Shown here in pieces: positions 1 through 10,151 of a stretch of DNA of 64,000 nt (the first letter of the stretch is position 1; every line of letters starts with the position of its first letter). Both the position numbers and the translations under genes were made by a program. Where the stretch lies: the NCBI GenBank assembly GCA_964526635.1, contig CAZGLR010000002.1, forward strand, positions 3,912 to 67,911, read 5' to 3'. The stretch comes from an uncultured Ignavibacteriales bacterium (lineage in GTDB: Bacteria > Zixibacteria > MSB-5A5 > GN15 > JAAZOE01). The notes beneath the pieces were generated by a model, which had not been told where the DNA came from, searched no databases, and was given only the letters and a program-made list of their open reading frames with translations.

Positions 1-192
1 GCGCAAGTTCTTAAGCCGTTTTCGGTCCAATCTCCCCAAAGCCCTATAAGTTGCTAACATATATGGGCTTGAAAAAAGGAAAAAGGCCTTGACTTTTTGC
101 GATAAATTTCTTTCTTACCTCTCTAAATCGGACCCCTTTGTGAAATTCATCACGAGGCTGATGGTCCGGAAACGGCAAAAGGAGTTGGTTAC

Positions 193-549
193 ATGCCCGC
201 TGATTATAGCGCCGTTTTGATATTCATCATCGTCGGTATCGGCCTCGTCCTCTTCACGTTCTTCTTCTCCAGCCTGATTCGACCGCATCGCCCGTACAAA
301 GATAAAAACGAGACCTATGAATCCGGCATTCAACCGTTTATGCAGAGCTGGGTGCAGTTCAACAACCGGTTCTATATTTTCGCTCTGCTGTTTGTTATCT
401 TCGACGTCGAGGCAGTCTTTCTCTTTCCGTGGGCGGTGGCCTATAATGCCCTGGGATGGTTCGCGCTGATCGAGATGGTTATTTTCATCGGCATTCTCGT
501 TGTCGGACTTGTGTATGCCTGGAAGAAGGGAGCGCTCAAATGGGTGTAA
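193..549 (+). CDS. nuoA: NADH-quinone oxidoreductase subunit A (NuoA/ND3)
   Basis: 118-aa 3-TM ORF with a NuoA-type core ([19 protein letters not shown]). An aaaggag RBS lies about 7 nt upstream of the ATG. First gene of the nuo array. Confidence 0.9.
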   Translation: MPADYSAVLIFIIVGIGLVLFTFFFSSLIRPHRPYKDKNETYESGIQPFMQSWVQFNNRFYIFALLFVIFDVEAVFLFPWAVAYNALGWFALIEMVIFIGILVVGLVYAWKKGALKWV

Positions 550-1046
550 TCAAACGGCTCCCCATCTATATGGAAAAAATACCGGGTGGGAATATCGTAA
601 CCACCTCGCTCAATAAAATACTCAATATCGGTCAGGCGAAATCGTTGTGGTACTTGCTTTTTGGAACCGCCTGTTGTGCTATCGAACTGATGGCCACCGG
701 TGCGTCGCGCTATGATTTTGACCGGTTGGGCATGATTTTCCGAGCGTCACCGCGCCAATCGGATTTGATGATTGTGGCCGGGACGATCACGTACAAAATG
801 GCTCCGGTGGTCAAGCGTTTGTATGACCAGATGGCCGAGCCGCGTTATGTTCTCGCCATGGGCGGCTGCGCTATCGGCGGGGGACCATTTTATTACGACA
901 GCTATGCCGTCCTGCGCGGAATCGACAAAGTCATCCCGGTCGATGTGTATGTTCCGGGCTGTCCGCCGCGTCCTGAAGCCCTCTTGCAGGGCTGCCTGGA
1001 AGTCGGCAAAAAGATCCAGCAGCAGAAGATCGAAGATTGGAGTTAG
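540..1046 (+). CDS. nuoB: NADH-quinone oxidoreductase subunit B (NuoB/PSST)
   Basis: Translation from ATG 540, which overlaps the nuoA stop, gives about 168 aa with the N2-cluster cysteine motifs ([17 protein letters not shown]). The ORF-track start at 456 adds a non-homologous Arg/Cys-rich leader lying inside nuoA. Confidence 0.9.
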   Translation: MGVIKRLPIYMEKIPGGNIVTTSLNKILNIGQAKSLWYLLFGTACCAIELMATGASRYDFDRLGMIFRASPRQSDLMIVAGTITYKMAPVVKRLYDQMAEPRYVLAMGGCAIGGGPFYYDSYAVLRGIDKVIPVDVYVPGCPPRPEALLQGCLEVGKKIQQQKIEDWS

Positions 1047-1057
1047 GGCGCTAAAAG

Positions 1058-1528
1058 ATGACAAAAGACGATCTGACTGCCTATATACAGGAAAACTTTT
1101 CCGGGTCGCTGGAGGTTATTGAAACCAGCCAGAAGGAGCCGTACTTTATTGTACCGGCCAATCAACTGGTTGATTTCGCCCGTTTTCTCCACGACGATAA
1201 CCGGCTTCTCATGACAATTCTCATGAACCTGTCGGGGATTGATACCGGCGAAAGGTTCGAGATAGTCTATAATGTCTGCTCGTACCGGTACAAACACCGG
1301 GCGTATTTCAAGGTCAAAATTTCCCATGATCACGCCGAGGTCGATACTGTCCAGCGCGTGTGGCGGGCGGCCGACTGGTATGAGCGCGAGGTATGGGAAC
1401 TGTTCGGGATAGCCATCACCGGTCACAACAATCTCCGGCGCTTTTTGCTGCCCGACGATTGGGATCAGGGCTTTCCGATGCGAAAAGGCTGGGAGGGGCG
1501 CGATGTGATCCCCTTCCCGGAGGTATAG
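1058..1528 (+). CDS. nuoC: NADH-quinone oxidoreductase subunit C (30-kDa subunit)
   Basis: 156 aa with the signature WYEREVWELFGI...GHNNLRRFLLPDDW. Positioned between nuoB and nuoD. Confidence 0.85.
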   Translation: MTKDDLTAYIQENFSGSLEVIETSQKEPYFIVPANQLVDFARFLHDDNRLLMTILMNLSGIDTGERFEIVYNVCSYRYKHRAYFKVKISHDHAEVDTVQRVWRAADWYEREVWELFGIAITGHNNLRRFLLPDDWDQGFPMRKGWEGRDVIPFPEV

Positions 1529-1531
1529 GCG

Positions 1532-2638
1532 ATGCCGACCGATCTGCATACCGAAGAACTGTTGCTGAATATGGGGCCGCACCACCCCTCGACTCACGGG
1601 GTCTGCCGTCTGGTTCTGCGTCTCGATGGCGAAGTCATTACCGGCTGTGAGCCGGTTGTCGGTTATCTGCACCGGGCGATCGAAAAAATCTGCGAAAATC
1701 GCACGTATGCCCAGATTATCCCCCTGATGGATCGTTTTGAATATGTCACGGCCATGATGGCCGACTGGGGCTTTTGTCTGGCGACCGAAAAACTGACCGA
1801 CCTGGAAATTCCCGAACGGGGTGAATATCTGCGGGTCATCTTTGGCGAGCTTAACCGTATTGCCAGCCACCTGTTGTGTATCGGCGTGACAGCGCTGGAT
1901 ATCGGGGCGCTCACGATGTTCATTTATCCATTCCGTGAGCGTGAGGATATTCTCGATCTGTTCGAAATGACCTGCGGCCAGCGGCTGACCTACAATTATA
2001 TCCGGGTCGGCGGTGTGGCGCGCGATATTCCGCCGGAATTTATCCCGAAGTGCAACGCTTTTCTCGACAAGCTCGAAAAGAAAATCGATGATTACGAGGC
2101 GGTCCTGACCAAAAATCCGATTTGGCTGGCCCGCAACAAAGGCATCGGTATCATTTCGGAAAAGGCTGTCTATGAGTGGGCAATATCGGGACCATCGGCC
2201 CGTGCCTCGGGCGTCAATTTCGATATTCGCCGTGATGACCCCTATTCGATATATGATCGCTTCGATTTCGACATTCCGGTCTTCCATGGCTGCGACTGCT
2301 ATGACCGATATCGGGCACGCGTCGAGGAATTACGCCAGTCGGCCAGAATTATCCGTCAGGCGCTCAAACAAATGCCCGAGGGCGATGTACGGGCAAAAGT
2401 CAAACTGAAATTCAAACCGGAACCGGGCGAAGTGTATGCACGCATCGAAAATGCCCGGGGTGAAATGGGATATCATATCATTTCAGATGGCTCCGAGAAA
2501 CCGTTCCGCGTCCGTGCCCGCGGCGCGAGTTATAACCATCTGCAGGCGCTGGCGGAGCTGACGGTCGGCCTTAAGGTGGCTGACCTGGTGGCGCTGTTCG
2601 CCTCGCTTGATATCATTTTGCCGGAGATTGACAGGTAA
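1532..2638 (+). CDS. nuoD: NADH-quinone oxidoreductase subunit D (49-kDa subunit)
   Basis: 368 aa with NMGPHHPSTHGV, RLTYNYIRVGG and a C-terminal LDIILPEIDR, all typical of NuoD/NiFe-hydrogenase large-subunit-like proteins. Confidence 0.9.
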   Translation: MPTDLHTEELLLNMGPHHPSTHGVCRLVLRLDGEVITGCEPVVGYLHRAIEKICENRTYAQIIPLMDRFEYVTAMMADWGFCLATEKLTDLEIPERGEYLRVIFGELNRIASHLLCIGVTALDIGALTMFIYPFREREDILDLFEMTCGQRLTYNYIRVGGVARDIPPEFIPKCNAFLDKLEKKIDDYEAVLTKNPIWLARNKGIGIISEKAVYEWAISGPSARASGVNFDIRRDDPYSIYDRFDFDIPVFHGCDCYDRYRARVEELRQSARIIRQALKQMPEGDVRAKVKLKFKPEPGEVYARIENARGEMGYHIISDGSEKPFRVRARGASYNHLQALAELTVGLKVADLVALFASLDIILPEIDR

Positions 2639-3672
2639 TGGAATTAGCACCGGTATTTTCATGGCTGTATAGCATCCTGGAATCACTGGGACTGGGATTG
2701 ACCCTGAACAAGATCATTGCCGAAACATCGCTGGCCTTCATGGTGTTCGGTCTGCTGTCGGTTCTGGCGTTGTTCCTGGTCTGGTGGGAACGCAAATTCG
2801 CCGGCGATGTGCAGCAACGGTATGGTCCCATGATGCAGGGACCATCGGGCACGCTACAAACGATTGTCGATGCCATCAAACTGTTGCAGAAAGAAGATAT
2901 TACCCCGACCCTGGCGGACCGTCCCGTCTTCTTCTGGGCGCCGGTAGTGGTATTCGCCTGCTCCTTTGCGGCCTATGTCGTGATACCGTTTGGCGAGGGC
3001 CTGATTGTCTCCGATTTGAACGTTGGGATATTGTACATTATCGCGATCACAACTTTCACCATCATCGGCCTGTTGATGGCCGGCTGGGGCAGCAACAATA
3101 AATATGCGCTTTTGGGCGGGATGCGATCGGCGGCCCAGGGTGTCAGCTATGAAGTTCCCATGGTCCTCTCGATTCTCGGGGTGGTGCTTGTTGCCGGTTC
3201 AATGTCGATGAATGATATCGTGCTGGCCCAATCCGGCTGGGGCGGTTTCAAATGGAATATTTTCTTCCAGCCGCTGGGATTTGTTATCTACGTCATTGCC
3301 GCGACGGCCGAATCCAACCGGACGCCGTTTGATTTGCCCGAAGCCGAACAGGAACTGGTGGCCGGATTCAATATCGAGTATTCCGGGATGAAGTTCGCCA
3401 TGTTCTTTTTGGCCGAATTTGTCAACATGTTCACGGTCGCGGCCATTGCCGCCACGCTCTTTCTGGGTGGCTGGAATGGACCATTCCTGCCGTCATGGAT
3501 ATGGTTTTTGGGCAAGACGCTCCTGATGGTTTTGCTGTTTATGTTCTTCCGCTGGACTTATCCGCGTCTGCGGGTTGACCAGTTAATGGAATTTGCCTGG
3601 AAGGTGATGCTGCCGCTGGCCTTCCTTAATATTCTGTACGTTGGGATTTTTGCGAAATGGTTCAACTGGTAA
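2638..3672 (+). CDS. nuoH: NADH-quinone oxidoreductase subunit H (NuoH/ND1)
   Basis: 344-aa polytopic membrane ORF with WERKFAGDVQQRYGP and PFDLPEAEQELVAGFNIEYSG motifs. Its ATG overlaps the nuoD stop, which leaves no room for nuoEFG. Confidence 0.9.
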   Translation: MELAPVFSWLYSILESLGLGLTLNKIIAETSLAFMVFGLLSVLALFLVWWERKFAGDVQQRYGPMMQGPSGTLQTIVDAIKLLQKEDITPTLADRPVFFWAPVVVFACSFAAYVVIPFGEGLIVSDLNVGILYIIAITTFTIIGLLMAGWGSNNKYALLGGMRSAAQGVSYEVPMVLSILGVVLVAGSMSMNDIVLAQSGWGGFKWNIFFQPLGFVIYVIAATAESNRTPFDLPEAEQELVAGFNIEYSGMKFAMFFLAEFVNMFTVAAIAATLFLGGWNGPFLPSWIWFLGKTLLMVLLFMFFRWTYPRLRVDQLMEFAWKVMLPLAFLNILYVGIFAKWFNW

Positions 3673-4394
3673 AAGACTTCGTGTCTGGGGCATACAACCT
3701 GATGCTGGGGATGTTTACCACCGGTAAACATATCGGGCGCAAAGAGGTGACCATACAATATCCCAAGGAACGCTGGGAAGTCCCGGAACGCTCGCGCGGG
3801 ATGGTCGTCCTGCTGACCGATCAGGAAACCGGACAGCTCAACTGTACCGCCTGTATGCTGTGTATGCGGGCCTGCCCGACCGCAGCGATACAGATTGAAG
3901 TCGAAAAAGACGAAAAAGGCAAGCGGCATCTCAAAGAGTTCGATCTCAATTATCATATCTGCTGTTTCTGCGGTTTGTGCGAGGAGGCCTGCAACTTCGC
4001 TGCGATCAAACTGGCCACCAAATATGAATTCCCTGAGTTCGACAGCAAAAAACTCCAGTGGACCAAAAAAGAGCTGGCCGAGTGGGGGAGGGATGTTCCC
4101 TACGAGAAACCTGTAAAGAAAAAACCTGTGGCCAAGAAGCCGGTGGTAAAAAAGCCTGAAGATAAACCGGCGGAAGAAAAGACTACAGACAAGTCAGCAA
4201 AGGCGGCGGCAGACGCGGCTGAGCAAAAACCGGCCGATAAACCCGACGGCGAGGAGAAAAAGGCGGAGGAGGCATCGTCTGAAAAAACTCCCGGGGTGGA
4301 CGCAAAAACGGATGACAATAGGGCCGCGACGGCATCATCCGATACGCCTGCGGAAAAATCCGACGACGATGAAGATAAGGGCAAGTCGCAATGA
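3657..4394 (+). CDS. nuoI: NADH-quinone oxidoreductase subunit I (2x[4Fe-4S] ferredoxin-type) with a long low-complexity C-terminal tail
   Basis: Two CxxCxxCxxxC motifs (CTACMLCMRACP and CCFCGLCEEACN) lie in the first ~140 aa. The last ~105 aa are K/P/A/E/D-rich (PVKKKPVAKKPVVKKPEDKPAEEK...[10 protein letters not shown]). Confidence 0.85.
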   Translation: MVQLVKDFVSGAYNLMLGMFTTGKHIGRKEVTIQYPKERWEVPERSRGMVVLLTDQETGQLNCTACMLCMRACPTAAIQIEVEKDEKGKRHLKEFDLNYHICCFCGLCEEACNFAAIKLATKYEFPEFDSKKLQWTKKELAEWGRDVPYEKPVKKKPVAKKPVVKKPEDKPAEEKTTDKSAKAAADAAEQKPADKPDGEEKKAEEASSEKTPGVDAKTDDNRAATASSDTPAEKSDDDEDKGKSQ

Positions 4395-4888
4395 CCGAAC
4401 AGATTGTGTTCTACCTGTTTGCATTTTTAATAATAGCCTCGGCGCTGGCGGTGGTGACCCTGCGGAATATCTTCCATTGCGCGCTCTTTTTGATTCTGGC
4501 TCTGTTTTCGGTGGCCGGGATATTTGTCCTGCTGCATGCCGAATTCCTGGCGGTGGTCCAGGTCCTGCTGTATGTCGGGGCGGTGGCGATACTCATGATT
4601 TTCGCTATCATGCTCACCTCGCAACTGGCCGGCAAACAGACAAATCTATCCAATGAGCAGACTTTCATCGGCGCCTTTATGACCATACTGCTGGTTTTCG
4701 GGCTGCTGTTTTCTCTCAGGGAAACGAATTTCTATATCAGCAGCAAAGCGGCGGTATCCGATCAGTCAACATTCGAGATCGGCAAGCTGCTGATGACCGA
4801 CTTTGTGCTGCCGTTTGAATTAGTATCGGTGCTGCTTTTGGCGGCGCTGATCGGGGCAATACTTCTGGCACGGCGGGAGGGTCATTAA
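4391..4888 (+). CDS. nuoJ: NADH-quinone oxidoreductase subunit J (NuoJ/ND6)
   Basis: 165-aa membrane ORF with about 5 TM helices. ATGA overlap with the nuoI stop. Positional and compositional match to NuoJ. Confidence 0.8.
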   Translation: MTEQIVFYLFAFLIIASALAVVTLRNIFHCALFLILALFSVAGIFVLLHAEFLAVVQVLLYVGAVAILMIFAIMLTSQLAGKQTNLSNEQTFIGAFMTILLVFGLLFSLRETNFYISSKAAVSDQSTFEIGKLLMTDFVLPFELVSVLLLAALIGAILLARREGH

Positions 4889-4890
4889 TC

Positions 4891-5196
4891 ATGCACCTGA
4901 TGCACTACCTGACACTGGCCGCAATTTTGTTTTCGATCGGCTTTTTCGGGGTCGTAACCCGGCGAAATGCGATCGCAATCCTGATGTCCCTGGAGTTGAT
5001 GTTCAACGCTGTCAATATCAACCTGGTCGCATTCAATTATTTTATTACCCCGGATAAATTCGTCGGGCAGATTTTTGCGATTTTTGTGATCGTGATCGCC
5101 GCTGCTGAAGCAACCGTCGGCCTGGCGATCGTCATTCTCATCTACCGGAACTGGCGGAGTATCGACGCCGACCGGGTCAACCTGTTGAAGTGGTGA
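4891..5196 (+). CDS. nuoK: NADH-quinone oxidoreductase subunit K (NuoK/ND4L)
   Basis: 101 aa, 3 TM helices, [17 protein letters not shown] core with the conserved membrane glutamates. Confidence 0.85.
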   Translation: MHLMHYLTLAAILFSIGFFGVVTRRNAIAILMSLELMFNAVNINLVAFNYFITPDKFVGQIFAIFVIVIAAAEATVGLAIVILIYRNWRSIDADRVNLLKW

Positions 5197-5197
5197 T

Positions 5198-7162
5198 ATG
5201 GCTGAGTATTCATATGTCATAATGTTGCTGCCGCTGGCCGCATTTGCGCTGATCGTCTTCTTCACGCACAACAACCGGGCCCTCTCGTCGGGTATCGCCA
5301 TCACTGCCATGGCGACCGCCTGGGTGATGTCGATTGTCCTGCTGATCCAGATGCTGACGTACCACGGTGATCATGCTTTCCACTTTGAGCGGGCGTTCGA
5401 TATCGTCGCCTACCAGGGATTTCACCTCGAACTGGGGATACTGCTGGAACCATTGACCGGTATCATGCTGATTGTGGTTACCACGGTCTCCCTGATGGTG
5501 CATATCTATTCGCTGGGGTACATGCACGGTGACCCGCGCTTTTCACGCTTCTTCGCCTACCTGGCTTTGTTCTCGTTCGCCATGCTGGGGCTGGTGCTGG
5601 CCAATAACTTCTTCATGATTTTCATCTTCTGGGAACTGGTCGGGCTGACATCATATCTGCTCATCGGTTTCTGGTATGAGAAGAAATCGGCCTCCGATGC
5701 CGGTAAGAAGGCCTTTATTACAACCAAAGTCGGTGACCTCGGCTTCCTGTTGGGCCTGATGATGATGGGCATGCTCCTGGGGACATTCAACTATCATGAG
5801 GTCTTCGAAAAAATTTCCCATGGCGCCATCAGCGGCGGCGCCCTGACCGCCATGGCTATATTCATCTTTTGCGGTGCGGTCGGTAAATCGGCCCAGGTCC
5901 CGCTGCATGTCTGGCTGCCGGATGCGATGGAGGGGCCGACCCCGGTGTCGGCCTTGATCCACGCCGCCACTATGGTGGCCGCCGGCGTTTTCCTTGTCGC
6001 CCGATCGATGACTATCTTTCTGGCCACACCCGATGGCGCCATGGTCGTGGCGGTAATCGGCTGCTTTACTGCGTTCTTTGCCGCCAGTATCGCCCTGGTC
6101 CAGGTTGATATCAAACGCATCCTGGCCTTTTCGACTCTGTCGCAGCTTGGTTACATGATCATGGCTCTCGGTTTGGGCGGTTATACGGCCGGTACATTCC
6201 ACCTGATGACGCACGCCTTCTTCAAAGCCCTGCTTTTCCTTGGCGCCGGGTCGGTTATTCACGCTGTTCACAGTAACGACATCATGGACATGGGCGGTCT
6301 GAAGAATAAGATGAGCATTACCGCGATGACCTTCATCATCGCGTCGCTGTCGATCTCCGGTATCTTCCCGCTGGCCGGTTTCTGGTCCAAGGACGAAATT
6401 ATTGCATCGGCTCACGGTCATCCGATCTTCATGATTGTCGCATTGCTGGTGGCCTTTATGACCGCCTTCTATATGTTCCGCCTGTGCTTTTTAACCTTCT
6501 TCGGCAAACCGCGCGATCAGGAGAAATATGACCACGCCCATGAATCGCCGAAAACGATGACCTACCCGCTGATTTTCCTGGCGGTACTGTCGGTCGGGGC
6601 CGGCTGGGTCGGGATACCCTGGTTGTCCCATGGCTACGCCTCATTTGTGTACCACGGTCACCCGCATCATGTGGAACCGGATATTCTGCTGATGATCATC
6701 TCCACGATCGTAGCGGTTTCGGGTATTGGGCTGGCTTACCTGATGTATTACAAAAAGTCGATTTCGGCCGAGGCGGTGGCCGAGCGGTTCAAACCACTTT
6801 ACAATCTGCTGTACAATAAATATTACGTTGATGAGCTGTATCAATTCCTGTTCATCAACCCGGCCCACGCCCTGGCCCGCTTCCTGTGGGGATTCGATGC
6901 CGGGGTGGTCGATGGTCTGGTTAACCTGCAGGCGACTATCACGCTCTGGTTATCCAATGTCAAAATGTGGATCGACGTCAATATCGTCGATGGCATCGTC
7001 AATGGTTTCGGCATGATCTGTTCGACAGCGTCGTCGGCACTGCGGCGCATTCAAACCGGACGGCTGGCGCATTATGTTCTGGTCGTGCTGTTCGGGCTGA
7101 TTGTAATCGGCTTGTTGGCGGCGTCGAATTTACTCGGCCAGATTTTCTGGCAGTTTAGCTGA
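5198..7162 (+). CDS. nuoL: NADH-quinone oxidoreductase subunit L (NuoL/ND5, antiporter-like)
   Basis: 654-aa Mrp-antiporter-like ORF (WELVGLTSYLLIGFW, SALIHAATMVAAGV) with a C-terminal extension consistent with the lateral helix. Confidence 0.9.
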   Translation: MAEYSYVIMLLPLAAFALIVFFTHNNRALSSGIAITAMATAWVMSIVLLIQMLTYHGDHAFHFERAFDIVAYQGFHLELGILLEPLTGIMLIVVTTVSLMVHIYSLGYMHGDPRFSRFFAYLALFSFAMLGLVLANNFFMIFIFWELVGLTSYLLIGFWYEKKSASDAGKKAFITTKVGDLGFLLGLMMMGMLLGTFNYHEVFEKISHGAISGGALTAMAIFIFCGAVGKSAQVPLHVWLPDAMEGPTPVSALIHAATMVAAGVFLVARSMTIFLATPDGAMVVAVIGCFTAFFAASIALVQVDIKRILAFSTLSQLGYMIMALGLGGYTAGTFHLMTHAFFKALLFLGAGSVIHAVHSNDIMDMGGLKNKMSITAMTFIIASLSISGIFPLAGFWSKDEIIASAHGHPIFMIVALLVAFMTAFYMFRLCFLTFFGKPRDQEKYDHAHESPKTMTYPLIFLAVLSVGAGWVGIPWLSHGYASFVYHGHPHHVEPDILLMIISTIVAVSGIGLAYLMYYKKSISAEAVAERFKPLYNLLYNKYYVDELYQFLFINPAHALARFLWGFDAGVVDGLVNLQATITLWLSNVKMWIDVNIVDGIVNGFGMICSTASSALRRIQTGRLAHYVLVVLFGLIVIGLLAASNLLGQIFWQFS

Positions 7163-7197
7163 AGATAGAGGAACGGCTTGGAGGATAGAGAGATACA

Positions 7198-8679
7198 ATG
7201 AGCTACTCATTCCCGATACTCTCGTACACGATTTTTGTCCCGCTGGCGGGAATGCTGGTGGTGATGGTTCTTGACCGCAAGAGCCATAACGCCATCCGAT
7301 GGGTGTCGACCATATTCGCTGCCATCGCATTCATCCTGACGTTGATAATCCTCAAGGATTTCAACTGGACAACCGCCCAGTTCCAGTTCATGGAAAAGCA
7401 CTCATGGATACCGGCGATCAATGCTGACTATCTGCTGGGTGTCGACGGCATCTCGGTGCCGATGCTGGTGTTGACGGGACTGCTGTCGCTGATTTCGATA
7501 GTCATCAGTTTCAACATTACCAAACGGGTTAAGGAGTATTTCGCGTTCTTCCTGCTGCTGGAATGCGGGATGCTGGGCGTTTTTGCCGCTCTTGACTTCT
7601 TCCTGTTCTACGTCTTCTGGGAAGTCATGCTGGTGCCGATGTACTTTTTGATTGGTATCTGGGGCGGCCCGCAACGCGAATACGCTGCAATCAAGTTCTT
7701 CCTCTATACGCTGTTCGGCTCGATCTTTATGCTGGTGGCGATCCTGGTGCTGTATTTCACCTCGCAGCCACATACGCTCAACATGATCGACATGATCCGC
7801 ATGGGGGCCGGCTTCGATCCGCGGATTCAAATATTCGCCTTCGCCTTCTTCTTCATTGCCTTTGCGATCAAAGTCCCGGTCTGGCCGTTCCATACCTGGT
7901 TACCTGACGCTCACGTACAGGCACCAACGGCGATTTCTGTCATCCTGGCAGGGGTTCTGCTGAAAATGGGTACCTATGGTATGCTGCGCATCTCGTGGCC
8001 GATGCTGCCGGAAGGCATCCGCTATTTCTCGCTGCCGATAGTTATTCTGGGGGTTATCGCGATTATCTATGGCGCGCTGGTTTCGATGGCCCAAAAAGAT
8101 CTGAAAAAACTGGTGGCATATTCATCGGTGTCCCATATGGGTTACTGTATGATGGCGCTGGGGGCCTATACCTCAGTGACCGCGCTGGCCGGTTGCATGT
8201 TCCAGATGGTGTCCCACGGTCTCATCACGGGTGCTCTCTTTGCTCTGGTCGGCGTGCTCTATGACCGGGCCCATACCCGTGAGATCGCCGCCTTTGGCGG
8301 TCTGGCCAACAAGATGCCGGTGTATACCGCCCTGATGACATTGTTTGCGATGGCCTCACTGGGTCTGCCCGGTATGTCCGGATTTATCTCCGAATTCATG
8401 ATTTTCATCGGCAGCTTCCCGTCGTATCCGGTTTATGTCGGTATCGCTGTTCTCGGTGTCGTGCTGACTGCGGCCTATATTCTCCGCATGGTGCAGAAGG
8501 TATTTCTGGGTGAATTCGATATTTCCCGCTGGGGGCATTTAACGGAAATCAATGCCCGGGAAATTATCTGTGTGGCCCCGCTGGCGGTGCTGACTATCTT
8601 CCTCGGTGTTTATCCCAAACCGCTGGCTGATATCATGCAGGCGACTTTGGAAAATCTTGTTATGCTGATGGCGCGGTGA
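7198..8679 (+). CDS. nuoM: NADH-quinone oxidoreductase subunit M (NuoM/ND4)
   Basis: 493-aa antiporter-like ORF (FWEVMLVPMYFLIGIWGG, HTWLPDAHVQAPTA). Confidence 0.9.
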   Translation: MSYSFPILSYTIFVPLAGMLVVMVLDRKSHNAIRWVSTIFAAIAFILTLIILKDFNWTTAQFQFMEKHSWIPAINADYLLGVDGISVPMLVLTGLLSLISIVISFNITKRVKEYFAFFLLLECGMLGVFAALDFFLFYVFWEVMLVPMYFLIGIWGGPQREYAAIKFFLYTLFGSIFMLVAILVLYFTSQPHTLNMIDMIRMGAGFDPRIQIFAFAFFFIAFAIKVPVWPFHTWLPDAHVQAPTAISVILAGVLLKMGTYGMLRISWPMLPEGIRYFSLPIVILGVIAIIYGALVSMAQKDLKKLVAYSSVSHMGYCMMALGAYTSVTALAGCMFQMVSHGLITGALFALVGVLYDRAHTREIAAFGGLANKMPVYTALMTLFAMASLGLPGMSGFISEFMIFIGSFPSYPVYVGIAVLGVVLTAAYILRMVQKVFLGEFDISRWGHLTEINAREIICVAPLAVLTIFLGVYPKPLADIMQATLENLVMLMAR

Positions 8680-8683
8680 TACT

Positions 8684-10132
8684 ATGGATTTGCGACCTTT
8701 AATACCCGAACTGTTTCTCTTTTGCTGGGCAATCGTGGTGCTGGCGGTCGATCTCTTCGCGAGGCGCCGCACGGCTGCTGCGCCGGCCTGGACCAGTATG
8801 GCGGGTCTGGCGATTACCGGAATTCTGGTCGTTGCCTTCCGGGGCGGCACGCTCTGGGAAGGAATGTATTCCTCCGATGCCTTCGCCTTCTTCTTCAAGC
8901 TTATCTTTGTCGGCGCGGCGTTTTTTGCCGTATCGTCATCATTCGAGACAGTCTCACGGATATCGCATCATCGTGGTGAGTACTTTGTACTTATCCTGTT
9001 TTCGACAGTCGGCATGATGTTTCTGGTGTCGGCCAAGGAACTGATTACGCTCTATATCGGGCTGGAATTGGTGACGATCCCGTTGTTCGTACTGGCCGCT
9101 TATGAAAAATCGATCAAACGCTCCAGTGAGGCCGGCTTAAAATACCTGATTCTGGGTGCGGCCTCATCGGCAATTCTGCTCTATGGCTTCTCGATCATGT
9201 ATGGCCTGACCGGCTCAACCTACCTCTATCGCATTACGATGAACCTGTCGATGTCATGGCTCTCGGCCGGCGGTATCGGACCGATGTTTACGGTGGCGAT
9301 GATGATGATGGTAGCCGGACTCGGCTTCAAAATTGCCCTGTTTCCATTCCATATGTGGGCGCCTGACGTCTACGAGGGCTCGCCAACCCCGATTACGGCT
9401 TTCCTGTCAGTCGGTTCCAAGGCGGCCGGCTTGGCGGCGTTTGTGCGATTGTTCGACGGCATGCTGGTCGGTTTCGATGATGTCATGGGTGATCATAGCT
9501 GGGGTCTGATGGTGGCCGTGCTGGCGGCACTGACTATGATCGTGGGAAATATCGCGGCCATTAAGCAAACCAATATAAAACGCATGTTGGCCTATTCCTC
9601 TATCGCCCAGGCGGGGTATATCATGGTCGGTGTCGTGGCCTGCTCTAATCTGGGTATTGCCTCGATCAGCTTCTATGCCTTCACCTACCTGTTTGCTAAT
9701 ATGGGTGCTTTCGCCATCGTGATACTCTATGCCCACAAAACCGGATCGGAAGAAATTTCAGATTATGCCGGATTGTCGCAATCGTCACCGGTCATGGCGG
9801 CACTGCTGGCGGTATTCCTGTTGTCGCTGGCCGGTATTCCGCCGCTGGCCGGATTCCTGGCCAAGTACTATGTCTTTGCCGCCGCGATCGAGTCCGGCTA
9901 TACCTGGCTGGTGATTATTGCCCTGCTGACGGCGGTAGTGTCGTTGTATTACTATGCCAATGTGGTCCGCCTGATGTATTTGGTCAAACATGACAACCCG
10001 CATCGCGTGATGCCGTCGTTCCCGACCGGCCTGGTCCTGGTCTTGACCGGTATCGGTGTCGTCTTAATCGGCCTGATGCCGCAGCCGATTCTCGAAATGG
10101 CCCTGGCCGCGGCGTCATCGTTCGCATTTTAG
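8684..10132 (+). CDS. nuoN: NADH-quinone oxidoreductase subunit N (NuoN/ND2)
   Basis: 482-aa antiporter-like ORF (LELVTIPLFVLAAY, HMWAPDVYEGSPTPITAF). Last gene of the array. Confidence 0.85.
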   Translation: MDLRPLIPELFLFCWAIVVLAVDLFARRRTAAAPAWTSMAGLAITGILVVAFRGGTLWEGMYSSDAFAFFFKLIFVGAAFFAVSSSFETVSRISHHRGEYFVLILFSTVGMMFLVSAKELITLYIGLELVTIPLFVLAAYEKSIKRSSEAGLKYLILGAASSAILLYGFSIMYGLTGSTYLYRITMNLSMSWLSAGGIGPMFTVAMMMMVAGLGFKIALFPFHMWAPDVYEGSPTPITAFLSVGSKAAGLAAFVRLFDGMLVGFDDVMGDHSWGLMVAVLAALTMIVGNIAAIKQTNIKRMLAYSSIAQAGYIMVGVVACSNLGIASISFYAFTYLFANMGAFAIVILYAHKTGSEEISDYAGLSQSSPVMAALLAVFLLSLAGIPPLAGFLAKYYVFAAAIESGYTWLVIIALLTAVVSLYYYANVVRLMYLVKHDNPHRVMPSFPTGLVLVLTGIGVVLIGLMPQPILEMALAAASSFAF

Positions 10133-10151
10133 GGATCTCCATAAAAAATGT

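Noticed and set aside
1-192. Promoter upstream of nuoA (TTGACT at about 92 and a TAAATTT element).
   Set aside because: The spacing to any acceptable -10 hexamer is wrong for sigma-70, and I cannot support a specific alternative promoter type from a single instance.
456-539. N-terminal extensions implied by the ORF-track starts of NuoB (456), DUF502 (10185), the lipoprotein (15376), the second aminotransferase (29469), TsaB (37790), the ECF sigma (47015), the anti-sigma (47673), ZnuB (12979) and PilX-like (57720).
   Set aside because: The extensions overlap upstream genes or a terminator hairpin and have non-homologous Arg/Cys-rich composition. Internal ATGs give canonical N-termini (signal peptide, lipobox, family-typical first residues), often with an RBS or an ATGA coupling.
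1043-2287. 414-aa ORF on the minus strand across nuoC/nuoD. Similar long antisense ORFs occur at 5651-6421, 35043-35777, 36656-37513, 49305-50171, 50412-51020, 60828-61526 and 62991-63860.
   Set aside because: Each lies entirely antisense to a strongly recognisable gene. Each has an Arg/Gly/His/Asp-rich low-complexity translation, no start context and no recognisable motif. These are typical shadow ORFs.
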